The position numbers and the translations under genes are program-made. Source: a candidate division WOR-3 bacterium (GTDB taxonomy: Bacteria > Hydrothermota > Tepidihabitantia > Tepidihabitantales > Tepidihabitantaceae). From it: DNA of 64,000 nucleotides. The DNA lies in contig CBFGKH010000002.1 in assembly GCA_965649295.1 (NCBI GenBank), forward strand, positions 128,001 through 192,000, written 5' to 3'. The notes below the pieces were generated by a model. The model was not told the DNA's origin and made no database searches. It worked only from the letters and a program-made list of their open reading frames with translations. This document shows, piece after piece, positions 27,467 to 37,060 of the stretch (its first letter is position 1; every line of letters starts with the position of its first letter).

Positions 27467-28942
27467 TTAGCGGTCGGTTGCACCGGCTAGGCCGGCGAGA
27501 TGGGTCTTCAGATACTCGATGCCCTGCTCGGTCGAGGTGATGCGGCCCTCAATCTGCAGCTCTTCGAGCTCTTGGAGAATAACCTTGAACGCCGGGCCGG
27601 GCTTGAGACCAAGCCTAATCAGGTCGTCACCAGTGACCAACCGGCGAACGCGAACGACGGCATCCTCAGCCCGCTTCTGTTCAATCATTCGCGTTATGGT
27701 GTCTTCCAGGTGCGTGGTGCGACCGGCAGTTGCCCAGCCGTCGGCAACGCAGAGAATCATCAGGCCAAAACCCTCCGGGCCAAGGTCGCGCCAGTAGCGG
27801 CGAATCGCCCGTTCGGTCAGGTCGCTGCTCGTTGCCAGCAGATGGAGCCGCATGTGCTCGGCAGCCAGGGTGACGAGCATCTCAGTTTGGTGGCGCGATA
27901 GGCGCAGTCGTTCCCGGGCCAGCCGCTTGATTACCTTTGCACCGATGCTGTCGTGACCGTAGAAGTGAACTTCGCCAGCGCTGTTGGTGAAGCGGGTCTC
28001 GGGTTTGGCAATGTCGTGCAGCAGACCAGCGAGCTTGAGCAGACCCCGGCGGAACGGCAACGGCGCCGGCGGTTCGGCTGGCGCGGCTTCAGCAGTCGGT
28101 TCGGTGCTCGCTGGTGGTTCAGCGGTAGGGGCGGCTAGGCCCCAGCTGTCAAAGTAGGCACGCCACTCTGGTTCGAACCGGCCGAAGAAGCCAGGCCGGT
28201 CAATAATCTCTTCAATCTTCTGATAGGTACGGAATGAATGCTCCCGTAACTGCTCGTCGGCTAGGACCGGCTGAAGCTCGGGCAGAATCTCGGCCAGGCG
28301 GCCAATCGAGTCGAGCCGGCGGATGAACTCATATGATCCGGGCGATTCGAGAATCCGGAGCAGCTCAGCGCCGATGCGTTCGGGTGCGGTGGCAGCGAGC
28401 GAGACCTGGTGGCCGAGCGTGAAGACCTGGTCGTCAATCCGAAACCCAAGCTCAAGGCCGAGCCGTACCGCCCGAAGCAACCGGAGCGGGTCCTGGACAA
28501 GCGACTGGTCAGACACCGGGCGAATCAGCCGCTGATTGAGGTCGGTGAGACCGCCGGCAACATCGAGGACTGGGCCGACGCCAGCAGCGGTGATTTCTAC
28601 GGCCAGGGCATTGACCGTGAAGTCTCGCCGCGCCAGGTCCGACTCAATGGTCTTGTCCCCGAGACCGTTGAAGTCGAGCGTGCGGCCGCCTATCACAACC
28701 CGGACTTCATCATCAGCTTCGGACAGGATTACAAGCTTGCTGCGGGTGCGCTGACTAAACAGGCGGCCAAACTCGTAGCCTGAGCCGCTGACCGCAAAGT
28801 CGAGGTCGGTGGGCGTGCGCCCGAGCAGAGCATCACGTACCGCGCCGCCGACGAGGAAAAGACGGCGGTCGCGAGCGCAGGCGAGAAGCTGGCTGCGGCC
28901 GCGGCCCAACGCAAGCAGGGCGGCTTCGACTTGGGGTTGCAC
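27467..28942 (-). CDS. CCA-adding/poly(A) polymerase-family nucleotidyltransferase with HD domain
   Basis: VGGAVRD..DLD, RRDFTVNA, DPLRLLRA, LLHDIAKP; start set at the GTG after a promoter. Confidence 0.9.
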   Translation of the reverse strand: MQPQVEAALLALGRGRSQLLACARDRRLFLVGGAVRDALLGRTPTDLDFAVSGSGYEFGRLFSQRTRSKLVILSEADDEVRVVIGGRTLDFNGLGDKTIESDLARRDFTVNALAVEITAAGVGPVLDVAGGLTDLNQRLIRPVSDQSLVQDPLRLLRAVRLGLELGFRIDDQVFTLGHQVSLAATAPERIGAELLRILESPGSYEFIRRLDSIGRLAEILPELQPVLADEQLREHSFRTYQKIEEIIDRPGFFGRFEPEWRAYFDSWGLAAPTAEPPASTEPTAEAAPAEPPAPLPFRRGLLKLAGLLHDIAKPETRFTNSAGEVHFYGHDSIGAKVIKRLARERLRLSRHQTEMLVTLAAEHMRLHLLATSSDLTERAIRRYWRDLGPEGFGLMILCVADGWATAGRTTHLEDTITRMIEQKRAEDAVVRVRRLVTGDDLIRLGLKPGPAFKVILQELEELQIEGRITSTEQGIEYLKTHLAGLAGATDR

Positions 28943-29236
28943 AGCGGCAGAGGATAACAATAGCTGCCGGCTGTCGCAACTGGCGCGGCGGTGGCGTTCG
29001 ACTCGCGTTCGTTCAGTCGCGACCACCCTGCCAGGGCTTGACCATAGTCGAAAACTAGTCAACAGTACGGGGTCAAGCTTGACAGCGGGAAACGGGGGCG
29101 GCGATTTGCCTGTAAGCGAGGCAGGAACCCAGTCCGAACTGGCCAATTTGGTCTTGACGTTACAGTTGAAAATGCACTATTGATTTCCGGTCAGGCGGGT
29201 GCTAATTTGTGCAGCTCATTACCAAGGAGATTTCTT

Positions 29237-29557
29237 CTGACATTTCAAGTTTTCGCCAAAGAAGGCTGCGAACTCTGTGAGAAGGCCCGGACTGTGCTGG
29301 CCCATGTCGGGGTGACACCGGTCGTTCGCTATGTGGACGGGCCGTCGGCAACACCGGAGAACGTTGCCGACTTTGCCTGGTTTGACTGGACCGACAAGCC
29401 GCCCCTAGTGGTGGTTACTGAGGGCGAGCGGGTGCTGGCGCGCTGGGACGGCCGGGACATCGGCGCAGCCTGGCTGCCGCAGGTAAAGAAGTGGCTGAGC
29501 GAGCACGGTTCGGCTGGGACGAATCCCGATGCCGATAATGCCGGTCGAACCGGTTAG
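29237..29557 (+). CDS. Glutaredoxin/thioredoxin-fold protein
   Basis: GCELC CxxC motif; SD AAGGAG before a possible CTG start (alternative TTG at 29180). Confidence 0.65.
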   Translation: MTFQVFAKEGCELCEKARTVLAHVGVTPVVRYVDGPSATPENVADFAWFDWTDKPPLVVVTEGERVLARWDGRDIGAAWLPQVKKWLSEHGSAGTNPDADNAGRTG

Positions 29558-29566
29558 GAGCAGGCG

Positions 29567-29743
29567 ATGGAAAAGCACCAACACAAGCACGAGGGTAACT
29601 ATGACCCGGTCTGCGGAATGGAAGTGACCAAGGAGCAGGCAGCCTGCAGCTACGAGTACAAGGGCAAGACTTACTACTTCTGTGCTCCAAGCTGCCGGGA
29701 TGAGTTTGCTGCCAACCCGCAGCACTTCCTCGAAAAGTCCTAG
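29567..29743 (+). CDS. YHS/TRASH metal-binding protein (58 aa, not in the ORF track)
   Basis: MEKHQHKHEGNYDPVCGMEV...YKGKTYYFCAPSC; SD AGGAG. Confidence 0.9.
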   Translation: MEKHQHKHEGNYDPVCGMEVTKEQAACSYEYKGKTYYFCAPSCRDEFAANPQHFLEKS

Positions 29744-29760
29744 CGACTGGTGAAGGAATT

Positions 29761-29792
29761 GCGGCGGCACCGCTGGTGCCGCCGCCTGTTTT
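29761..29792. terminator. Intrinsic terminator between convergent genes
   Basis: GCGGCGGCACC-GCT-GGTGCCGCCGC followed by CTGTTTT. Confidence 0.75.
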
Positions 29793-29803
29793 GGGGTTGC
29801 GAA

Positions 29804-30202
29804 TTAGCGGTTGAAGAGCTCGCTCAGACTGGGCAGGGCGATCAGTCCTGCGATCATCAGTACCGCCCAGATAATTCCAGCAATCAGGCCGAGCCCGATC
29901 GAGACAATGGTCAGAATCCCGGATATTGTGAAGTAGTTCTTTAGCTTGTCGGTCATCGCTGCGAGCGCGGCCGCGTCACCCTTCTCAGCATACTCGCCGG
30001 TGCGCGAGCCGGCCTGAACGAGCACGATACCGAGCCAGATTGGTATCCACGCCCAGAGGATGCCGACAATCGAGAGGGCATTGAGTGCGCCGGCGATGAT
30101 ATTGATGATACCCAGGAACTTCATCCAGCCTTTCATGCCGGCAGCATTGCGCTGCGCTGCGGTGCTCGTGACGGCGGATAGACCACTGACACTGGCTTCC
30201 AT
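29804..30202 (-). CDS. DUF5362-like membrane protein
   Basis: WMKFLGI...KLKNYF; SD GGAGG. Confidence 0.75.
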   Translation of the reverse strand: MEASVSGLSAVTSTAAQRNAAGMKGWMKFLGIINIIAGALNALSIVGILWAWIPIWLGIVLVQAGSRTGEYAEKGDAAALAAMTDKLKNYFTISGILTIVSIGLGLIAGIIWAVLMIAGLIALPSLSELFNR

Positions 30203-30542
30203 AGATAAGTCCTCCTGATTCTGTTTGTTCGAACCGCCAGAGAGTAACCCAAACAGACCAGAGAATCAAGACCGACCGCCACTCCCGCAGCCCTGCTCAA
30301 GAACGTCGGCGTTGAGCCTAAAGGTCACCGCGGCGATTGTTGGCTGTAACATATTGCAAATGCGTAAGATAAACGACAGGTTGGTGCTGGCGGCCATTGA
30401 TGGGGTCGCGCTGGTCGGTCAGCATAAGCTACGTCTTGTCGGCTAGTTGCAGTATGGTAAGCCGCTGGCGGCTGACTTTTGGGGCGGGTTCGGCCGATTG
30501 GGGGCTTGACATTTCTGGACATAATGCTATATTGTGGCAGTT

Positions 30543-31490
30543 ATGGGGCTTAGCTCCAAGCCGGAAGTCTCGGTCATTGTTCCAGCCTACAATGAGGTTG
30601 ATAATATCGGCCCATTGCTGGCCGAGCTTTCTGCTCGGTTTCCATCCACTTATGAGGTGATAATCGTTGACGATGGTTCGCGGGATGGAACTTACGAGGC
30701 AGCCTTGGCAGAGCAGGCCAAGTATCCATTTGTCCGAGTCGCCAGGCATCCGACCAATCAGGGCAAGACCGCGGCAATTGTGACCGGTATGGAGCTGGCC
30801 CGGGCCGACATCATCTCGATTCTCGATGCTGACCTACAGTTTCTGCCTGAGGATGTGATGGCCCAAGTGCAGAAGCTCGAAGAGGGCTATGGGATGGTTA
30901 CCGGCCGCAAGCGTGGTCATTACGAGAAGAGGCTTGTCTCAGCCATCTACAACGGCCTGGCCCGGCTGCTGTTTGGGCTGAAGGTACATGATATCAACGC
31001 GCTCAAGACATTTCGGCGCGAGGCGCTTGATGGGGTAGTGCTGCGCAAGGACTGGCACCGCTACATCGTGCCGCTGGCTGCCAGTCGGGGTGTGCGGATT
31101 GCCGAGATTCCGGTGACTCTGCGGCCGCGCCATGCGGGTGAGGCCAAGTATTCGAATCCGCTGCGGGTCTTTATCGGGCTTTTTGACCTGGTGGCGGTTG
31201 CGTTTCAGCTCTCCTTCATGCGCAAGCCGATGCTCTACTTCGGGACTCTGGGAATGCTGTCGCTGGTGGGTGGGTTTATAGCCGGAGTGGTGGCCGTCAT
31301 TCTGCGGCTGTTTGGGCACGGGTTCCGACCCTTGCTCTATCTTGTCGTGCTACTGGTGCTGGCTGGGCTGCTACTGTTTGCAGCCGGGTTTCTGGGCGAG
31401 GCTCTGGCTGGCATCAATGAGCGGGTTGAGCGGCTGGAGCGACTACTGACGAAAGCGAAGGACAGGGGGCAGACTGAGGGTGGTAACTAG
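30543..31490 (+). CDS. GT2 glycosyltransferase (ArnC/Dpm1-like)
   Basis: IVPAYNE, VDDGSRD, DADLQ, two C-terminal TMs. Confidence 0.92.
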   Translation: MGLSSKPEVSVIVPAYNEVDNIGPLLAELSARFPSTYEVIIVDDGSRDGTYEAALAEQAKYPFVRVARHPTNQGKTAAIVTGMELARADIISILDADLQFLPEDVMAQVQKLEEGYGMVTGRKRGHYEKRLVSAIYNGLARLLFGLKVHDINALKTFRREALDGVVLRKDWHRYIVPLAASRGVRIAEIPVTLRPRHAGEAKYSNPLRVFIGLFDLVAVAFQLSFMRKPMLYFGTLGMLSLVGGFIAGVVAVILRLFGHGFRPLLYLVVLLVLAGLLLFAAGFLGEALAGINERVERLERLLTKAKDRGQTEGGN

Positions 31491-32578
31491 TGGCCGTGCA
31501 GGGCAGCCGGATTCGGAGTATCGTCAGCACTGGGCTGCGGGTCCTGCTTTCGGCCGGGCTGCTTGGGCTGCTCGGCTGGCTCTTTCGCGACAAGCTGGGC
31601 GATGCGCTGCTGCTGGTGCGGCGGGCCGAGCCAGGCTGGCTGGTGATGGCGGCAGCCTGGTATGTCCTGTTTGTCATCGTCTCGGCCTGGCGCTGGCAGG
31701 TGCTGTTAGGAGCGCGTGGATTGCACTTCTCGACCGGCTATCTGGCGCGGGTCTTCACCATTGGGCTTTTCTTCTGCAAGCTGCTGCCGACTTCGATCGG
31801 CGGTGACGTGATGCGTATCGCCTACACTGCGCCAAAAGAGAAGGCAGCCGAGGCGTTCTCAGCCACGCTGCTCGACCGGCTGATTGGTTTCACCAGCCTG
31901 CTTTTCCTGGCAGTGCTCGTCTCAATCCTCATGTTTCTGACGAGTGTTCAGTCGCGGCAGCTCGAACTGGCAGTTGCCGGCATCACCTTCCGGGGCCCGG
32001 CGATTTTGGTGCTGCTCTGTGCCGGGCTCGGTGCGCTGGTGCTTGTCACCCTGACCTTCTTTTCGGACCGGGCGCACAGCCTGGTCAACCGGGTCTTTGG
32101 CCGGATTCGGCTGCTGCGTCTGGGCGAGCGGCTGGACCGAGCCTACGACGCGGTGAAGCAATACCGGCATTCGGGCGGTGCCTTGGCAGTGAGCTTTCTT
32201 GCTGGCATGGGCGTGCAGACGATGCTGGCCTTCTCGTGGTGGAGCACGGCCCGAGCCATTGGCGGCACCGTGCCGCTCGTCTATTACCTGATATTCATTC
32301 CCTTACTCAACATCATCGTCAACATCCCGACCATCGGCGGTATCGGTGTGCGGGAGTGGGCGTTTGTGCTTTTGTTCACCCCGACCTGGCTGACCGGTCG
32401 CCTGACCGAGGAGCTGGCCCTGGCCGCAGCACTACTCTTTCTGGCGCTGGACCTGGTTTTTGCCCTGGCCGGTGGTGTGCTTTTTGCCTTTGCGCGGCGG
32501 CCAGTTCAGGAGGCCGCGAAGATGACCATGACATCCAAGGAGGACGGAGATGCTGCCCGTTCCCAGACCCTGTCTTGA
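31490..32578 (+). CDS. Lysylphosphatidylglycerol synthase TM/flippase-like protein
   Basis: WRW, LPTSIGGD, LDRL, GGIGVRE. Confidence 0.85.
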   Translation: MAVQGSRIRSIVSTGLRVLLSAGLLGLLGWLFRDKLGDALLLVRRAEPGWLVMAAAWYVLFVIVSAWRWQVLLGARGLHFSTGYLARVFTIGLFFCKLLPTSIGGDVMRIAYTAPKEKAAEAFSATLLDRLIGFTSLLFLAVLVSILMFLTSVQSRQLELAVAGITFRGPAILVLLCAGLGALVLVTLTFFSDRAHSLVNRVFGRIRLLRLGERLDRAYDAVKQYRHSGGALAVSFLAGMGVQTMLAFSWWSTARAIGGTVPLVYYLIFIPLLNIIVNIPTIGGIGVREWAFVLLFTPTWLTGRLTEELALAAALLFLALDLVFALAGGVLFAFARRPVQEAAKMTMTSKEDGDAARSQTLS

Positions 32579-33650
32579 AAGCGTCAAGCCTTACCAGCCG
32601 GGCAAGCCGATTGAGCAGCTCCGGCGCGAACTCGGACTGAAAGGGCCGATTATCAAGCTCGCCTCAAACGAGAACCCACTCGGCCCGAGTCCGCGGGCAC
32701 TGACTGCTCTGCGCCGGGCCATGCCGGAGTTCAACCGCTATCCGGAGGACGCCTATGTTGACCTGAAAGAGAAGCTGGCGACGTTCTACAAGGTTGACCC
32801 GGAATCGGTTATCCTCGGCAACGGCTCGGTTGAGATTATCCTGATGCTCTGCCTCTGCTACCTGCAGCCGGACGATGAGATTATCATGTCAACCCACTCG
32901 TTTTTGATGGCGCGCGTTCACGCCGGCATCATGAGCGCCCGCGTGGTCAGCGTGCCGGAGACCGACGATCGGCGGCACGACCTCGAGCAGATGCTGGCCG
33001 CGGTCACGCCCAAGACGAAGTTCATCTACATTGACAATCCCATCAATCCGCTCGGCACGATTGTCACGCGCGACGAGTTCAGCAACTTCATGGAGCGGGT
33101 GCCGGAGCATGTCACGGTCATCTACGACGAGGCCTATGCTGAGTACATCACCAGCCGCGACTATCCGAAGTCCCTCGACTACTACAACCGCAAGAAGAAT
33201 ATCGTCATCCTGCGGACGTTCTCAAAGATACACGGACTGGCCGGGCTGCGCATCGGCTACGGCTTTGCCCAGCCCGAGGTGGTCAGCCACCTAGCCAAGG
33301 TGCGGCTGCCATTTCATATCAGCCGCGCCGGGCAGGCGGCAGCGATTGCTGCCCTTGACGACAAGCGGCACATTCTGCGCAGCCGGAAGGTCAACGAGGC
33401 AGGCAAGGAGTACTTCTACCGCGAGTTCAAGAACATGCCGCGGCTTTTCTATCTCAAAAGCTACGGTAACTTTGTCTTCATCAACTTTGCGGTGGACGCG
33501 AGGGAGATTACCGATCAGCTCGATCGGCGCGGGGTCATCACCCGGCCGCTCCATGCCTACAACCTGAGTACTGCTGTCCGGCTCTCGGTCGGCACGCCGG
33601 CCGAGAACAAGCGGTTCATCAAGGCGCTGCGCGAGGTTCTTGGGCCGTAG
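32550..33650 (+). CDS. hisC: Histidinol-phosphate aminotransferase
   Basis: KLASNENP, DEAYAEY, RTFSKIHGLAGLRIGY. Confidence 0.92.
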   Translation: MLPVPRPCLESVKPYQPGKPIEQLRRELGLKGPIIKLASNENPLGPSPRALTALRRAMPEFNRYPEDAYVDLKEKLATFYKVDPESVILGNGSVEIILMLCLCYLQPDDEIIMSTHSFLMARVHAGIMSARVVSVPETDDRRHDLEQMLAAVTPKTKFIYIDNPINPLGTIVTRDEFSNFMERVPEHVTVIYDEAYAEYITSRDYPKSLDYYNRKKNIVILRTFSKIHGLAGLRIGYGFAQPEVVSHLAKVRLPFHISRAGQAAAIAALDDKRHILRSRKVNEAGKEYFYREFKNMPRLFYLKSYGNFVFINFAVDAREITDQLDRRGVITRPLHAYNLSTAVRLSVGTPAENKRFIKALREVLGP

Positions 33651-33675
33651 CCAGACACGTCCATTTTGACCGCCG

Positions 33676-33699
33676 GCTCCGCAGGGAAATGCGGGGCCG
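33676..33699 (+). terminator. Hairpin, probable terminator after hisC
   Basis: GGCTCCGCA-GGGAAA-TGCGGGGCC; no U-tract. Confidence 0.4.
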
Positions 33700-33838
33700 C
33701 GTGTCTAATAGGCTAGCAGCAACATGGGTAGTTCCGGCGACAACTGACTGACCAGCTTGGCAGGCCTGTCAGTTGGGCTAGCGCCAACCGCGAGGCTGTA
33801 GGCAAGAACGAAAACCGAGAAGAGTTACAGGAGGTAGC

Positions 33839-35833
33839 ATGAGAGGTCTTCTGTGTGAGGGCGCCCAAGGCAACGGTTCCGGGGCGAGCATAGGGCGAGG
33901 CTGGCTTGGGGCGTTGCTACTGGTATGGGCTATTGTCGGTAGCGCTGCGGCCTGGACATGGGACGTGGCAGCGGTGCGGATTATCGCTCCAGCCGGCAAC
34001 GTTGATTCGGGCATGGTGGTTACACCAAGCGCCGTGGTCAGGAATCTTGGCGACAGCACAGCGTCGTTTCCGGTCGTCTTCACAATTGGCACGAGTTACA
34101 CCGACACCCAGGATGTGAGTGAGCTTGGTCCTGGCGACTCACTGGTGGTGGCATTTTCGTCGTGGACAGCGCTGGTGCGGGGCAGCACCCTGGCTGCATG
34201 TTCGACAGCGCTGGCAGTGGATGAGAGCACTGCCAATGACCGGGTGGCCAGCACTTTCACTGTCCGGGTGCGGGACGTAAGCGTTGATCGGATCATTGCT
34301 CCGGTCGGAGTTGTCGAGTCGGGGCGGGTGGTTACACCGCAGGCCCAGGTGACCAACCGTGGCACTAACAATGCCAATTTCCAGGTGACGTTTCGAATCG
34401 GCACGGCCTACAGCCGGAGCACGATGGTGAGTGGATTGGCTCCGGGTGCATTCCGGATCGTAAGCTTCCCAACCTGGGCAGCGGACACGCTCGGCCACTA
34501 CCCGGTCGCCTGCACTGCCGCAATGAACAACGACCAGGTGCCGGAGAACAACATCGTCCACGACTCCTGCACTGTTGCGCTTGTCGTGACCGATGTCGGC
34601 GTGGTGCGCATCGTCGGGCCGCGCGGCAACATTGACTCCGGCGCGGTCATCGCTCCCCAGGCAATGGTGCGCAACTACGGAAGCAGGACTCTCTCTTTTG
34701 CCACCGTCTTTACAATTGGCACAAGCTATGCCGATACCCAGCCGGTGACCGACCTTGGGCCGTTCGATTCGGTGCTCGTCACCTTCAGCGACTGGACAGC
34801 AACCGAGCTCGGCAGATTCCCGACGCGCTGTTCAACAATGCTCGCCGGCGACATGAACCCGGCCAACGATTTCCGCTCTGACTCGGTGGCGGTTATCTTC
34901 CGCACCAATGACGTGGGCGCAGTGCGAATTCTGGCTCCGGCTGATACCGTTGATTCGGGCGCGGTCATCACTCCGGTCGCGGTGGTGCGCAACTACGGCC
35001 TGACCACTGCCTCGTTTCCGGTAACGATGCGGATTGGTTCGAGCTTTGTCAGCACGGTGCAGGTAACCGACCTTGATGCCGGTGACTCGGCAATCGTCAC
35101 CTTTGACGACTGGACAGTCGCCCGCCGCGGCAACACACCCGCAAGCTGCAGCACCGCGCTGGCTGGTGACCAGGTGCCGGCCAACGATGTCGTGCGCAAG
35201 ACTGTGTTCCGCCGGGTGCGCGATGTTGGCGTCACCGCGATTCTGGCTCCGATCGGAATCCTCGACTCCGGCACAGTGGTGCTGCCGCGGGCCAGGCTGC
35301 GCAACTGGGGCAATGTTATCGAGACATTCCCGGTAGTCTTCCGCATCGGCACCTTCTACGCCGACACCCAGTACACGGCTGACACCGCTGTTACCTTCCG
35401 ACCCTGCACGCTCAGCCTTGTCGGCACGTTCTCGACCCAGTGCTCAACAGCTATGACCGGTGACATGGTGCCGACCAACGACCTGCGCACCGACTCAGTC
35501 GTAGTCCAGTATCCGACCGGCATTGCCGGGCCTGGGCCGGTTGACGCCATTCCCAGCCAGCTAGTACTGCGCAGTATCGGCTCGAGCCTGTTCAGTCGCC
35601 AGGTCAGTATCAGCTACGGTCTGCCCAGAGCAGCCGAAGTGAAGCTCGAAGTTTACGATGCTAGCGGCAAGCCGGTCAGCACCATCGAAGCCGGGCCCAA
35701 ACCGGCCGGGTACCACACCGTAGTCTGGGACGGTGCTGACAGCTACGGCACCCAGTTACCGACCGGCGCCTATTTCGTGCGACTGGCTGCTGATGGTCTC
35801 ACTCGAACCGGCAAGATTGTGAAACTCGACTAG
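33839..35833 (+). CDS. Secreted protein with five CARDB-like Ig repeats and a FlgD/T9SS tail
   Basis: Five ~100-aa DVxxxxIxxPxxxx(D/E)SG repeats; VYDASGK...WDGAD...TGAYFVRL. Confidence 0.88.
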   Translation: MRGLLCEGAQGNGSGASIGRGWLGALLLVWAIVGSAAAWTWDVAAVRIIAPAGNVDSGMVVTPSAVVRNLGDSTASFPVVFTIGTSYTDTQDVSELGPGDSLVVAFSSWTALVRGSTLAACSTALAVDESTANDRVASTFTVRVRDVSVDRIIAPVGVVESGRVVTPQAQVTNRGTNNANFQVTFRIGTAYSRSTMVSGLAPGAFRIVSFPTWAADTLGHYPVACTAAMNNDQVPENNIVHDSCTVALVVTDVGVVRIVGPRGNIDSGAVIAPQAMVRNYGSRTLSFATVFTIGTSYADTQPVTDLGPFDSVLVTFSDWTATELGRFPTRCSTMLAGDMNPANDFRSDSVAVIFRTNDVGAVRILAPADTVDSGAVITPVAVVRNYGLTTASFPVTMRIGSSFVSTVQVTDLDAGDSAIVTFDDWTVARRGNTPASCSTALAGDQVPANDVVRKTVFRRVRDVGVTAILAPIGILDSGTVVLPRARLRNWGNVIETFPVVFRIGTFYADTQYTADTAVTFRPCTLSLVGTFSTQCSTAMTGDMVPTNDLRTDSVVVQYPTGIAGPGPVDAIPSQLVLRSIGSSLFSRQVSISYGLPRAAEVKLEVYDASGKPVSTIEAGPKPAGYHTVVWDGADSYGTQLPTGAYFVRLAADGLTRTGKIVKLD

Positions 35834-35902
35834 CCAGAGTATCGAGATAGCAAGTCAGGGCCGGCAGACAGTAGTTCTGCCGGCCTCCTTCTTGCCGGCA
35901 AG

Positions 35903-36220
35903 AAAAGGCCGGGAAGGACCATCGCTAGCCAAGACCAGAGCACCGGTTCAGGCAGGCGGGTAAAGCTTAGGCCAAACCCGAGCAAGAAGCCCTGCCCCAA
36001 GACCGCCCGAGGCTCAGAACTTAGCCCATACGCCAGCCCAACCGCTGGGCTAATGACAGGCAAGGCGCCAAGCCGGATAGAAGGCTTGTTCGGCAAGACA
36101 TTCGCAAATAGGCCTGATGGCGTGCTCGGAGAGAGCGTTGCCAACCCGTCACCCAAGAGCTTGGGGAACCACTCCCGGGACAGTGGAGGGTGGGTAGGGC
36201 CGAAGTCGGCTATCAGCTTG
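35903..36220. repeat. Degenerate 12-bp periodic array (22 units) plus conserved 54-bp head, copy B
   Basis: 22 of 22 units begin with two purines; head homologous to 18085-18138. Confidence 0.75.
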
Positions 36221-36378
36221 TAGGGAATAAAGTTATAGCGAAAACGGCCCGCACGAGCGACCCAAATGCAAGCTGGCCGCTATTTTCTCTGCACAGAACA
36301 GCGGCCCTGCGAGTATAACAGATTGGGGATGGCGAGCAGCACGCTAGCGCCTTGTATCCGGCCGAAAATCCACCCTTG

Positions 36379-36743
36379 GTCATTCCGAGGAACGCCCACT
36401 CCTTGTCATCTCGAGTAACCTTCACCTTCTGTCATTCCGAGGAGCGTTTCCCTTTGTCATTCCGAGGAACGTAGTGACGAGGAATCGCCTCTTCCCTTCC
36501 TCCGTCTCTCTTGGTTTCTCCTTTTCCTCCGCAGTTCTTCCTCCTTGTCTCTTCCTTGCAACTCTTGCCTTTTGGCTCTTGCGTCTTGCCTTTTCTTCTT
36601 TCGGCAATTCCCCTCGGCTCAGCTCGGGGCAGCCCCTCGGGTGCAACCGTCCTCGGAATGATATGGGTCTAGCGTCATCCCGGCCGCGCCACCACCTCCG
36701 TCATTCCGACCGAGCGAGCGGAGCGAGCGAGTGGAGGGATCTT
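36379..36743. repeat. Cluster of GTCATTCCGAG REP-like palindromes with an internal pyrimidine-rich heptamer tract
   Basis: GTCATTCCGAGG x3, CCTCGGAATGAT, GTCATTCCGACCGAGCGAGCGGAGCG; TCTTGCC-type heptamers at 36563-36597. Confidence 0.8.
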
Positions 36744-36838
36744 CTCCCCCTCCTGCCCTTTCTTCACCTTCGTCTGCTTGACTTCAGTCGTTGTCTGCCT
36801 ACAGTATGGCCATGTCGAAAGCCAATCAAGGAAAGGCC

Positions 36839-37060
36839 ATGTCCGAGCCAAGCAGCAAAGCCCACAAGAGCCAGGAGCGCTTCTTTAGCGCCCTACGGGA
36901 CCTGTTCGTTGGTGCGAAGGTCGAGGGCGAGTCGGGCTTCATCAACCTGATGCGCATCAAGTCGCGCTACTACACCGACGTTTTCCCTAAACTCCAGTCT
37001 CTCTACCCTCGCGATACCAAAGGCACTCGAAGCTCACCTTGCCAACTAAGACGGTCTTGA
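36839..37060 (+). pseudogene. N-terminal fragment of a type III R-M Mod methyltransferase
   Basis: FFSALRDLFVGAKVEGESGFINLMRIKSRYY..VFPKL; promoter TTGACT...TACAGT and SD upstream; homology ends near 36996. Confidence 0.75.

Noticed and set aside
30205..30500. Possible third 12-bp array or ncRNA in this intergenic region (also 33700-33830)
   Set aside because: Only 3-4 units in register and no conserved head
35831..36223. TAG readthrough extending the CARDB protein through the in-frame open array B (pyrrolysine or recoding)
   Set aside because: TAG ends many conserved genes here, the sorting tail should be terminal, and the same frame in copy A has stops
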